The translations under genes were made by a program, and so were the position numbers. DNA of 64,000 bases from a virus. The stretch is from the IMG/VR virus record IMGVR_UViG_3300032516_000003, positions 1,341 through 65,340 of that record; one strand, written 5' to 3'. A model generated the notes under the pieces. It searched no databases and had not been told where the DNA came from. It saw only the letters and a program-made list of their open reading frames with translations. Position 1 is the first letter of the stretch, and each line of letters starts with the position of its first letter. Shown here in pieces: positions 24,829 to 32,837 of the stretch.

Positions 24829-24953
24829 ATCGCCATCCGCGTGAGGGAAGGAGCAGATGTATGGGATCTGTCCCGGATGTACGGACTCTCCGTGATCACG
24901 ATCAGGCAGATAGCAAGAGGACAGCGAAGGCAAGGCATCGGATGAGGAGACCC

Positions 24954-25448
24954 ATGCGGAAGTTGACCGACAAGGTGGTTGAGGCGGGCATTATTCCCGA
25001 GAACGCGCTCAAGCTGATGAAGATGTGGGGCGTTCATGAGGAGCTGCCCGACTTCGTGCACAAGAAGGACATGACCTACGAGCAGCTGCTGCGGATGGTC
25101 GAGGAGATCGCCGCCCTGCTGGAGGAGAAGTCCGAAGTCCCGGAGATCAAGGAGACCGAGCTGGATCTGGAGCGGGTCTTCAAGGCAGATTCCGAGATGC
25201 TGCCGATCAGCGTCTTCATCGGTGACCGCTACGTGGACATCTACATGCTGGTGGCCCAGGACCGGGTGGGACGCTTCATCTTCGATCGGACCTACACCAA
25301 GCGGGCTGGCAACGTCGCCGTCCCGGGTACCAGGATCAAGAAGGAGAACGTGGTGTACGAGATCTTCGAGGTGGAGACTCGCTACAAGGCCGATGAACCC
25401 ACGTTCGATGTGTGCACGGTCAGGGAGGTGCCAAATGCCACGGTGTGA
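24954..25448 (+). CDS. hypothetical protein, 164 aa
   Basis: GAGGAGACCC-ATG at 24954; alternative start 24860 has lower GC3. Confidence 0.6.
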   Translation: MRKLTDKVVEAGIIPENALKLMKMWGVHEELPDFVHKKDMTYEQLLRMVEEIAALLEEKSEVPEIKETELDLERVFKADSEMLPISVFIGDRYVDIYMLVAQDRVGRFIFDRTYTKRAGNVAVPGTRIKKENVVYEIFEVETRYKADEPTFDVCTVREVPNATV

Positions 25449-25761
25449 GAAGTGTGAGAAGAGCGTTCCCAGCTTCGAACTGAAGTACGTCCGCGCCGAG
25501 GAGGGCAAGACCACACTGGCCTGCCAGACCTGCCGGACACCGACCGAGGTGATCTCCGGGAAGCACGAGACCGACCAGCAGCTCGCGGCGATCTCGCTGC
25601 ACCAGTACGAGACGGCGGAGGGGAAGAAGGACTACCGCGTCCGGGCCGAGATGACCCACGGTGGCCTGAACGTCGACTACCAGTTCACCTTCAACGAGGC
25701 GCGGGAGTTCTTCAAGGGCATCAAGGACAAGAAGAAGACCGCCGAGCTCAAGGCGGTGTAG
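25435..25761 (+). CDS. Zn-ribbon protein (CEKCEK...CQTCRT), 108 aa
   Basis: GGAGGTGCCAA-ATG. Confidence 0.6.
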   Translation: MPRCEKCEKSVPSFELKYVRAEEGKTTLACQTCRTPTEVISGKHETDQQLAAISLHQYETAEGKKDYRVRAEMTHGGLNVDYQFTFNEAREFFKGIKDKKKTAELKAV

Positions 25762-25763
25762 TC

Positions 25764-26138
25764 GTGGCCATCAAGAAATTCTCGAAGGAGTATCTCAGCG
25801 CTCTCAAGAGCCCGCATTTCAAGCGGGTCTGTGTGGGGGTCTTCGAGCGCGCCAACGGCATCTGCGAACGGTGCCACAAGCGTCCGGCAACAGACCCACA
25901 CCACAAGCACTACAACACGCTCGGACGTGAACGTCCGGAAGATCTTCTCGCCGTGTGCCGCCCCTGTCATGACATCCTGACGCGGGAAATGGAAGATGAG
26001 CGGGAGGAGCGCTATCAGAACGCACGCGTCGAGGGATGGGCAACCAAGAAGTACGGCCCAGACTGGTCGAGCTATCGCGACCCAGTCGAGGTCGAACAGG
26101 AGTTCGAGGCCTGGCTAGAACGGCGTGGAGAGTACTGA
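25764..26138 (+). CDS. small HNH-type nuclease
   Basis: GTG start; CERCHKRPATDPHHKHY...LLAVCRPCHDIL = CxxC...HH...CxxCH HNH motif. Confidence 0.7.
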   Translation: MAIKKFSKEYLSALKSPHFKRVCVGVFERANGICERCHKRPATDPHHKHYNTLGRERPEDLLAVCRPCHDILTREMEDEREERYQNARVEGWATKKYGPDWSSYRDPVEVEQEFEAWLERRGEY

Positions 26139-26542
26139 TGAGTTTCCTGGTGTGTGGGATCTACGAGGAGCGGCCGGATGTCTGCAAGAAGTACCCGGAA
26201 CGGGGATCGTACCAGCCGCAGGGCTGCACCTTCTACTTCACGGAAGAAGGGCGGAAAGGCGACTGCGATCCCCACTGCCAGGCAGCTTGCTGCATGCTAC
26301 CCCGAGCTGATGGACTCCCGGGAGGGGCTCCGCTACCTGAGATCGCCGGTGGACGACCCTGCAAGTACCTCATCACCGCCGACCAGCACCCCGCCATCTC
26401 CGGCAAGCGGAATGAAGCCGGACGACTCGATGACGGGACAGCTGGTCCCGGCCTTGGAGGCCATACGGAAGAAGATCAAGGAGGGTCTAATCCTGTCGAA
26501 CGCGTCCTTGCCGATCGAGGACCTGTCCATCCAGGTAGCTAA
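26138..26542 (+). CDS. Cys-cluster protein (CxxxxxxxxC...CDPHCQAACC; YkgJ/UPF0153-like)
   Basis: GGAGAG SD, ATGA coupling; coding-like GC3 only to ~26415. Confidence 0.55.
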   Translation: MSFLVCGIYEERPDVCKKYPERGSYQPQGCTFYFTEEGRKGDCDPHCQAACCMLPRADGLPGGAPLPEIAGGRPCKYLITADQHPAISGKRNEAGRLDDGTAGPGLGGHTEEDQGGSNPVERVLADRGPVHPGS

Positions 26543-27200
26543 GATCCTCAGGAACTGGGCCTTGCTGTACGGCCCAGAAGAAGCCGCCCGCATGGGCGAG
26601 GAGATGTTCACGAAGCACAAGATCAAGGTGACGGACTTACGGGGCGTACCGGGGATCAGTCGCTTGGTGCTGGTACCTACAGGAGAGAATGTGAATGCTC
26701 AAGGAAAAGGAAGCGATGGTGGAGAATTCGGTGAAGGCGATCAACGCCTTCTGTCGGGTGATGGAACTGCACACGAAGAACATCGCCCAGGGCGGGCCGT
26801 CGATCCTGACCAAGGGCACGCCGATGTGCCGGGCGGTGGATGCGGCCCAGGAGGGGCTGGCGAGGGAGGTCGAGTTCTTGTCCTTCCTCCGCGCGGGCAA
26901 CAAAGGGAAGGTCTCTCCCGAAGGCTGATCTCCCTGGAACTGACGGAGCACCGGAAGGACCTGACCGCCTTCGTGACCGCCTATGACTGCGTGCATCGCC
27001 GCGTCCAGGAGGTCAAGGACCATGGCCGGCTGATGAAGCTGGTGGACTGGTCCGGGACGGCGGCAGTCATGGGTGCGTTGGAGTTGTCGATCCACTCGAT
27101 CGAGCGGGTGGTGGAGGAGCTGGAGAACATACTCCTCCGCATCGATGGTGGGGCGATCCCGAACCTAGACGAGGATGACCATGGTCAAGATCGTACTTGA
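26412..27200 (+). CDS. frame-0 ORF with two coding-like segments (26412-26690, 26922-27200) separated by a low-GC3 Gly-rich stretch
   Basis: no stop in frame for 789 nt; middle 230 nt is coding-like only in the +1 frame (gene 26695-26928); one gene with an overprinted internal gene, or two compensating indels. Confidence 0.3.
   Translation: MKPDDSMTGQLVPALEAIRKKIKEGLILSNASLPIEDLSIQVAKILRNWALLYGPEEAARMGEEMFTKHKIKVTDLRGVPGISRLVLVPTGENVNAQGKGSDGGEFGEGDQRLLSGDGTAHEEHRPGRAVDPDQGHADVPGGGCGPGGAGEGGRVLVLPPRGQQREGLSRRLISLELTEHRKDLTAFVTAYDCVHRRVQEVKDHGRLMKLVDWSGTAAVMGALELSIHSIERVVEELENILLRIDGGAIPNLDEDDHGQDRT
26695..26928 (+). CDS. hypothetical protein, 77 aa, embedded in +1 frame of 26412-27200
   Basis: ACAGGAGAGAATGTGA-ATG; in-frame TGA immediately upstream; very high GC3. 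Confidence 0.55.
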   Translation: MLKEKEAMVENSVKAINAFCRVMELHTKNIAQGGPSILTKGTPMCRAVDAAQEGLAREVEFLSFLRAGNKGKVSPEG

Positions 27201-27657
27201 GGAACGCCTGTCCCAGGCGCTCAATGCCACCCGGGTGGTCGAGGTGGTGCGTTCCTCACAAGAGGACGGCTCCATCAAGTTGCTCTTCCGCGTGACGCAG
27301 AAGCGCGTCTGGCTGGCCATCCTGGAGTACGCCCTGGCGCGGGCCTCGACCTGGTCAGCACATATCTGCCAGCAGTACTTCATGCGTAACGGCAAGCTGG
27401 TCTACGGTTGGAACTTCATCCTCCGGCCGGCCGAAGGCGTGAATCTCGATGAGGCGGTGTCCGATGCCGGGCAGCTGCTGGTGCAGGCGGCCAGGACCGC
27501 GCCGCAGGTGATGGCCAAGACCGACGCCGACAGCTTCCCATTGGTGGGCTACAGCCCGCGCCGGACGGCCAAGCTGGTCTTCGACCCGCGTATGCCGGGA
27601 CCAGACAGGGGCGGGCCCAGTCACAAGGGCGCCTATCCCATTACCAGCAAGGGCTAG
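27181..27657 (+). CDS. hypothetical protein, 159 aa
   Basis: GAGGATG SD-like before second ATG. Confidence 0.6.
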   Translation: MVKIVLEERLSQALNATRVVEVVRSSQEDGSIKLLFRVTQKRVWLAILEYALARASTWSAHICQQYFMRNGKLVYGWNFILRPAEGVNLDEAVSDAGQLLVQAARTAPQVMAKTDADSFPLVGYSPRRTAKLVFDPRMPGPDRGGPSHKGAYPITSKG

Positions 27658-27658
27658 C

Positions 27659-28018
27659 ATGCTGCTGGTCCGGACCTACACGGCGCCGTCTCCGATTCAC
27701 GGCACTGGCCTGTTCGCAGCCGAACCCATTCCGGAAGGGACCGCCATCTGGGAGTTCACCCCAGGGCTAGATCAGTTGCTGTACCACCAGCCCGAGGGTG
27801 AGACGAAGGACTGGTCTTGGCGGGAAGAGGACTGCTGGGTGGTCCCCCAGGATGATGCCCGCTTCATCAACCACTCTCTCACCCCCAGTGGGAAAAGTGG
27901 TGGCAGTCGTCATGGAATCGACCGTGCTGCGCGGGACATCCTGCCTGGGGAAGAGATCACGCTGGACTACGCTACTTTCGATCTGGACTACCCAGAGTAC
28001 GAGCAGGCATTGAGGTAA
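27659..28018 (+). CDS. SET-domain protein (putative protein-lysine methyltransferase)
   Basis: SPIHGTGLFA..IPEGTAIWEF...ARFINHSLTPSGK....AARDILPGEEITLDY follows SET-domain landmarks (GxG, NHS, post-SET ExxY) as in minimal viral/bacterial SETs. Confidence 0.8.
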   Translation: MLLVRTYTAPSPIHGTGLFAAEPIPEGTAIWEFTPGLDQLLYHQPEGETKDWSWREEDCWVVPQDDARFINHSLTPSGKSGGSRHGIDRAARDILPGEEITLDYATFDLDYPEYEQALR

Positions 28019-28020
28019 TC

Positions 28021-28677
28021 ATGGGCGAGTTCTTCGGTCCTGAGGCCAGTCAAGAGCTGCAGAAGCGCATCGAGGAGAAGGGCGCCACCGAGCTGACCCC
28101 GGCTGAAGCTGTAGTGGTCAAGCAACAGCAGGAGGCGCTCGACAAGTTCTTCGCCCAGCGCATCCAGGCCACCTACAAGATCGAGGTCGAGTTTGGCAAG
28201 GGCCGCTCCACCTGGAAGCACTTCCCGGGCACGCTGTCACTCTACCTGAGCGGCACCAAGCTCCACGGTGGTGGGGACGAGAAGCTCTACCTCTGCCCCC
28301 GCGATGACTGTACTGGTGTAATCTTCCCGGGCGAGCGGCTGGGTGCCCAGGTCCACTGCCGCAAGTGCCAGATGATGTGGCCGGAGACCCAGCTGGTCGG
28401 TGAGATCTTCTACCGGCTCTCGCCCAACGATTGGTCTGTCGTGATCCACCGCTTCTTTGTCCGGCTGGACCACAATGCCGACATCTACCTCAAGTACCAC
28501 CCGACCGACATCCGCTACCAGACGGCCATGGAGCTCGCCCGGAAGCGCGGTGGCGAGGCGGTGAACAAGGCCCGGAACAACCGCGGCTTGCACATCTACC
28601 CCTTGAAGAACATCATCAAGGACACCAGCACCGGGGCCGATCTTCTGAAGCGGATCGAGGGCTTCATCAAGTCTTAG
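28021..28677 (+). CDS. hypothetical protein with Cys4 cluster (CPRDDC...CRKC), 218 aa
   Basis: GAGGTAATC-ATG. Confidence 0.65.
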   Translation: MGEFFGPEASQELQKRIEEKGATELTPAEAVVVKQQQEALDKFFAQRIQATYKIEVEFGKGRSTWKHFPGTLSLYLSGTKLHGGGDEKLYLCPRDDCTGVIFPGERLGAQVHCRKCQMMWPETQLVGEIFYRLSPNDWSVVIHRFFVRLDHNADIYLKYHPTDIRYQTAMELARKRGGEAVNKARNNRGLHIYPLKNIIKDTSTGADLLKRIEGFIKS

Positions 28678-28686
28678 GAGAGCACC

Positions 28687-28980
28687 GTGGCCGAGATCGT
28701 TTCCAAGCCAACCACGGACGGGTACCGCAACAACTACGTTCGCACGTTCACCAGAGTACGGGTCGACAGCTTCGATGGCATCTACATCTTCATCGCTAAA
28801 TGTGGCGACCAAGAGCTACTCAGGGAGCGGTTCTCTGGTAAGGAACTCACAGCATCGGCGGAGAACCTGAACGATCTCCTGGAGCGTTTCTGGGGCCACA
28901 TCCCTGGGTTGACGCCTGAGGAGGGCAAGGCGCTCATGATCGAGGCCGTCGAGGACATCAAGTGCCGGTATGTAGGTTAA
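28687..28980 (+). CDS. hypothetical protein (GTG start), 97 aa
   Basis: AGGAGAGCACC-GTG. Confidence 0.6.
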   Translation: MAEIVSKPTTDGYRNNYVRTFTRVRVDSFDGIYIFIAKCGDQELLRERFSGKELTASAENLNDLLERFWGHIPGLTPEEGKALMIEAVEDIKCRYVG

Positions 28981-29136
28981 GAATGCACAGCGCCGTCGGC
29001 ACATTCTGTACCGTCCACCCGCTGCGGCCCCGGTGGCGGGGATTTCAACCCTGCACCTCCTCCGACGAGGATCCCTTCGTGCGGCGGCCGTCGTGGCGAT
29101 CTTGTTGATCCACACCGGGAGCTGAGATCTTATACC

Positions 29137-29562
29137 ATGAGCAAGGCCAAGTTTCAGAGCGTCATGGAGCAACGCAACAACCTTCTCAACCTCCAGGCGG
29201 TGTGGACCGAGATCAAGGAGTACCTTGGCAAGTTCATGAACACGGATGCAACGCCGGCGAAACACGGCATTCGCACCAAGACGGCGGAGTTGGTGGTGCC
29301 CCAGGACATCATCAGCAACGTGATCAGCCACATCGAGGTCGAGTACCTCGGCAGTATCCAACAGCAGTTGGACACCATCGACAGGAGCGACGTCCATGTC
29401 CAAGAAGACCAGGGGAGTGAAGAACAAGGTGCCCGGAAGGCCACCCGTCAAGGCCGATCCCCACAAGCAGAAGGCCACCCTCGCCCAGTTCGCCACCCTC
29501 GCCCAAGAGGCGCAGCAGGCACACCAGCAGCTGGCGCAAAAGGCCAACCGGGCGATCGCTGA
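29137..29562 (+). CDS. hypothetical protein; C-terminus uncertain
   Basis: GC3 bias ends ~29395 where next gene starts. Confidence 0.5.
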   Translation: MSKAKFQSVMEQRNNLLNLQAVWTEIKEYLGKFMNTDATPAKHGIRTKTAELVVPQDIISNVISHIEVEYLGSIQQQLDTIDRSDVHVQEDQGSEEQGARKATRQGRSPQAEGHPRPVRHPRPRGAAGTPAAGAKGQPGDR

Positions 29563-29986
29563 GCTGTGGAAGAACCAGCAGGAGATCTTGCAGGGTCTGA
29601 GCGCGGCCGAGTTCAACCTTCGCACTCACCAGAAGGTGATGAACGCCATCTCGTTGGAGCTGGACTCGCTCAGCAAGAGAATGCCGATGCCTGTCGGGAT
29701 GGCCATCGACGCGGCTCCCTCCTTCCTGGTCAAGAAGGAATTTACTGTGGACGGACAGGCCAGTCTCAAGGTCGATTGGACCTTCTACCACAGGCAAGTG
29801 GAAGAAGAACTCAAGGCCATGCGTGAGGCGGAGAAGGCCGCGGCGAAGGAAGCGGCCGCAGTGGCAGAGAAGGCCAAGGACGAGGCCCCAGCTCCAGAGG
29901 CGCCCCCTGCCCCCGAATCTGGTACAGTAGGGGTTAAGGAAGACGGAGGCTCCGGGATTCCGGATGGGGCCACCGTCTTCGGCTAG
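29396..29986 (+). CDS. coiled-coil, Ala/Glu/Lys-rich protein, 196 aa
   Basis: GACAGGAGCGACGTCC-ATG. Confidence 0.6.
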   Translation: MSKKTRGVKNKVPGRPPVKADPHKQKATLAQFATLAQEAQQAHQQLAQKANRAIAELWKNQQEILQGLSAAEFNLRTHQKVMNAISLELDSLSKRMPMPVGMAIDAAPSFLVKKEFTVDGQASLKVDWTFYHRQVEEELKAMREAEKAAAKEAAAVAEKAKDEAPAPEAPPAPESGTVGVKEDGGSGIPDGATVFG

Positions 29987-29995
29987 GAGTCAACG

Positions 29996-30184
29996 ATGTC
30001 AGTGATCACGACGAAGAATCGGCCGAAGAGGCAGGTGGTTGTGAAGGATGCTGGCCATCCGGCAGCCTTCAACAAGATCCGCTGTCCCAAGTGCAGCCTG
30101 GGCTACGCCGTGAAGAGCATGACCGAGCCCGACAAGTTCACCTGTGAGCGTTGTCACACCACCTTCACGGTCGGCAAGCTCTAG
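29996..30184 (+). CDS. Zn-ribbon protein (CPKC...CERC), 62 aa
   Basis: AGGAGTCAACG-ATG; last + strand gene before the inverted island. Confidence 0.55.
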   Translation: MSVITTKNRPKRQVVVKDAGHPAAFNKIRCPKCSLGYAVKSMTEPDKFTCERCHTTFTVGKL

Positions 30185-31251
30185 GCCTGCGCCACCTCAG
30201 CCGGATCTTCCTCCGGACGAGGATTGAGGTCAGTCACTTCCTCCGACCCTAGTCGCTTCGCGCGCTTCCCCCGATTGATGTGATTGAGCATGAGCTGATA
30301 CAGCAGCTCACGGGCCTTGCCAGAGGCGCTGGACAGGTTCCGCACCTCGGGGTCGGACACCGGGAAGGACTGGATCTTGCGGACGATGTTCTTGTCGACG
30401 TGAAGCCGGGAGCCGTGCCAGAAGATCTGGTGACGGGAGAAGATGGTGGCCAGGCAGGAGAGGAAGGACAGCCGCAGGTAGGTTGCCCCCTCACGGAAGG
30501 TGATGACCTTGATACCCCAGCAGTCGTCGATGATCTCGAAGAACGTCCTGAGATTGTCACGGAAAACGAGCCGGCCGATCTTGGTCATGATAGTCTGGAG
30601 CCCGCCGCTGAGTTCCGTAATCGTCACGCTGCGGCCAGGACCGAGATGCGAGTGCAGGATGCCCCCGACCCGCATGAGGGAGAGGGCGCTGATGAGGTGG
30701 TCACGGGTGGCGCGCTGGGCCCAGCACACCCGGTTGTGCATGATGAAGGTCTTGTCGTGGCAGAGTCCGTAGAGCAGCTCAATCACCGGCATCGTCGTCC
30801 GCATGTTGCGGATCAGGATGTTCGGGCTCAGCTTGCTTCGATCGGCGTTCAGTGTCCGGAATCGATCTCGTTCCCACGCCTCCGTGGTACTGAAGTGGAC
30901 GGTAGCCCCGAGCTTGGGTGAAGCACCCGGCTTGGTCTTCATGAGGTGGCGAGCCGCACTGACCCGCTGGAGCCCGTCGATGATGAAGACCGGGTCCTGC
31001 AGGTAGAACGCGTCGCCCTTCTCCAGATAGGACTGTCCGCGCATGCCCAGGTCAATGTCGGGCACGGAAGAGCCGGCGTCGAATGCCTTGGCCAGCTTGC
31101 TGATGGTCGTCAGTGGCATCACTTCCCGCTGGTACTCGGCGATCTTCAGTACCGCCAACGAACCGGGGTCGAGGACACCACGCAGGATGATCTCCATGTC
31201 GGGGGTTTCATCCAGCGCGGCATGGATCAGTTTCACGCTTTCTCGGGTCAT
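30181..31251 (-). CDS. ParB/Srx-superfamily nuclease-like protein (DUF262/DndB-like, DGxxR motif)
   Basis: AGAGGAAGACC-ATG at 31251; N-terminal IAEYQRE... and FIIDGLQRVSAARHL resemble DUF262/DGQHR motifs (YQR... / DGQQR). Confidence 0.6.
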   Translation of the reverse strand: MTRESVKLIHAALDETPDMEIILRGVLDPGSLAVLKIAEYQREVMPLTTISKLAKAFDAGSSVPDIDLGMRGQSYLEKGDAFYLQDPVFIIDGLQRVSAARHLMKTKPGASPKLGATVHFSTTEAWERDRFRTLNADRSKLSPNILIRNMRTTMPVIELLYGLCHDKTFIMHNRVCWAQRATRDHLISALSLMRVGGILHSHLGPGRSVTITELSGGLQTIMTKIGRLVFRDNLRTFFEIIDDCWGIKVITFREGATYLRLSFLSCLATIFSRHQIFWHGSRLHVDKNIVRKIQSFPVSDPEVRNLSSASGKARELLYQLMLNHINRGKRAKRLGSEEVTDLNPRPEEDPAEVAQA

Positions 31252-31302
31252 GGTCTTCCTCTTTGGTGTGCTCATAATGAGCTTTGAGGTTGACGGGTTG
31301 GA

Positions 31303-31593
31303 CTACCATTCTGGATCAACGATTACGTCGTGCCAATCGATGATGTCCCAGTTCAGCCAGCGGGTGGTGAGGAGTTTGCCCTTCAAGGCCTCGTCCTTCT
31401 TCCACTCCGCGTGCTTCTCTTCGGTGGTCTGTCCACCACAGAGAGTGATCTCTCCCATGATGGTGAGGACTCCATCGCTGCGGAAGGAGTCTTCCTTGTC
31501 GATGCCGTAGTCGGAGAAGACGTTGAGGATCTTGTCCTCCTCACCTTCTTCGACCGGCTTGATCTCAATCTCCACTCGGTAGAAGCGGCTCAT
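31303..31593 (-). CDS. hypothetical acidic protein, 96 aa
   Basis: minus-strand ORF, GC3-rich, weak SD. Confidence 0.5.
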   Translation of the reverse strand: MSRFYRVEIEIKPVEEGEEDKILNVFSDYGIDKEDSFRSDGVLTIMGEITLCGGQTTEEKHAEWKKDEALKGKLLTTRWLNWDIIDWHDVIVDPEW

Positions 31594-31865
31594 GGCTGGC
31601 TCCGTGTGTCGCCTGTGAGGATCCACTTGCAGTACCAGCAGAGAGTGCGAGGGTCTTGTAGACCCAGCCGGTATCCGCAATTCTCACAGCGTGTTGGCTC
31701 GATGAGGTGCTCAGGCAGGGGGAGCTCGCTGAAGATCCTCGGCGTTACGCGCCGATGGACTCCGCAATCTGTGGTGACCTCGCCGATGATCTTCTCTCCC
31801 GGCTTGCGCCAGGGAGGGTTGTCGTCGGGGCTCACGGCTGCTCCAGCAGCAGTTGGCTCAGACAT
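31590..31865 (-). CDS. Zn-ribbon protein (CENCG...CWYCKW), 91 aa
   Basis: ATG 31865; ATGA-type overlap with 31303 gene. Confidence 0.5.
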   Translation of the reverse strand: MSEPTAAGAAVSPDDNPPWRKPGEKIIGEVTTDCGVHRRVTPRIFSELPLPEHLIEPTRCENCGYRLGLQDPRTLCWYCKWILTGDTRSQP

Positions 31866-32362
31866 GCGAGCTGCCACTCGCGCTCGATGTGGTAGTCGGC
31901 GGAGGCGGCGGCGGCGGCGGCGGAGGCGGCGGCGGAGTAGGCGGAGTAGGCGGAGGCGGCGGCGGAGGAGGCGGCGAAGGCGGAGGAGGCGGCGGCGGAG
32001 GAGGCGGCGGAGGAGGCGGCGGCGGAGGAGGCGGCGAAGGCGGAGGCGGAGGCGATGTCCAACTCATTCGGCGACACTGACCCAGGCCACTCCAGTGCCC
32101 GCCGAGTGAGTCGTAGGCATGCCTGCACCCGCCGGTCACGGTTGAGATGCCGCACCCGCTCCGCGACGACCAGCGCGTACCACCGCTGCGCGTCGAGGGG
32201 CAGCACAGTGACCAGCCACCACACGTCGATCTCGTCGAGTGCCGCGAGCAGTGACAGGTTCTCTACCGTCGGCTCGAAGCCCTTGGGAAACCGCCGACAG
32301 ACCGTGAGCACCTGTGGCTGGCAAGCATGGTGCGCGCACAACAACTCCTTCGTGATCTTCAT
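31832..32362 (-). CDS. hypothetical protein with N-terminal Cys/His-containing domain and Ala/Ser low-complexity tract encoded by (GGC/GGA)n
   Basis: CAGGAGGCTCTG-ATG at 32362; in-frame with 53-triplet repeat 31897-32055. Confidence 0.5.
   Translation of the reverse strand: MKITKELLCAHHACQPQVLTVCRRFPKGFEPTVENLSLLAALDEIDVWWLVTVLPLDAQRWYALVVAERVRHLNRDRRVQACLRLTRRALEWPGSVSPNELDIASASAFAASSAAASSAASSAAASSAFAASSAAASAYSAYSAAASAAAAAASADYHIEREWQLACLSQLLLEQP
31897..32055. repeat. (GGC/GGA)n trinucleotide tract, ~53 triplets
   Basis: GGCGGAGGCGGCGGC... in-frame on minus strand as Ala/Ser run. Confidence 0.8.
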
Positions 32363-32589
32363 CAGAGCCTCCTGGCGAGCCAGCGCTCCACCGCGCGCTG
32401 CGCCGGTGCTAGATGTACGTAGAGGCGCTCCCACGTCTCGGTGCCGTGCCAGGCATACGCTCGCCGGCCCTGGACGTGGGCGGCGACCATGCCGCCGTGG
32501 CCATCGCCGCCGACCATGAGGTCGGGGCCGTCCCAGTGCCATTCCAGCGTGAGCGCAGGGGAAGAGGGTCCTGTCTTGGCTTTTTTCAT
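32362..32589 (-). CDS. hypothetical protein, 75 aa
   Basis: GAAGGGAGGCGCGCG-ATG; stop overlaps next start. Confidence 0.5.
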   Translation of the reverse strand: MKKAKTGPSSPALTLEWHWDGPDLMVGGDGHGGMVAAHVQGRRAYAWHGTETWERLYVHLAPAQRAVERWLARRL

Positions 32590-32837
32590 CGCGCGCCTCC
32601 CTTCATGTGGCGCCGGGCGGCGAGCATGGCATCTTCGGCCTCAGTCGCAGGCGCGAAGCACTTCACCGTGAGGTAGAGCGTCCCGCACAACGCCTTGCGG
32701 TCGGCGATGGCGACGAGCGCATGGCGCAGCGCCCGTGCCAGCCGATCTTCCGCCTGGTCGGCATCGGCGCCGACGTTGTTCTCGGCGATCTCTACCAGTC
32801 GGTTGCGGATCTCACGCTCGGCTTCGTCGTCGGTCAT
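32586..32837 (-). CDS. hypothetical acidic protein, 83 aa
   Basis: TGCGGGAGGCGCGCG-ATG (same 14-nt initiation block as neighbour). Confidence 0.55.
   Translation of the reverse strand: MTDDEAEREIRNRLVEIAENNVGADADQAEDRLARALRHALVAIADRKALCGTLYLTVKCFAPATEAEDAMLAARRHMKGGAR

Noticed and set aside
31330-32139. + strand poly-Arg (31330-32109) and poly-Gly (31853-32080) ORFs, and a minus poly-Pro ORF, over the (GGC/GGA)n tract
   Set aside because: Homopolymeric translations of a trinucleotide repeat. Only the minus-strand Ala/Ser reading is contiguous with a protein-like N-domain and an SD.
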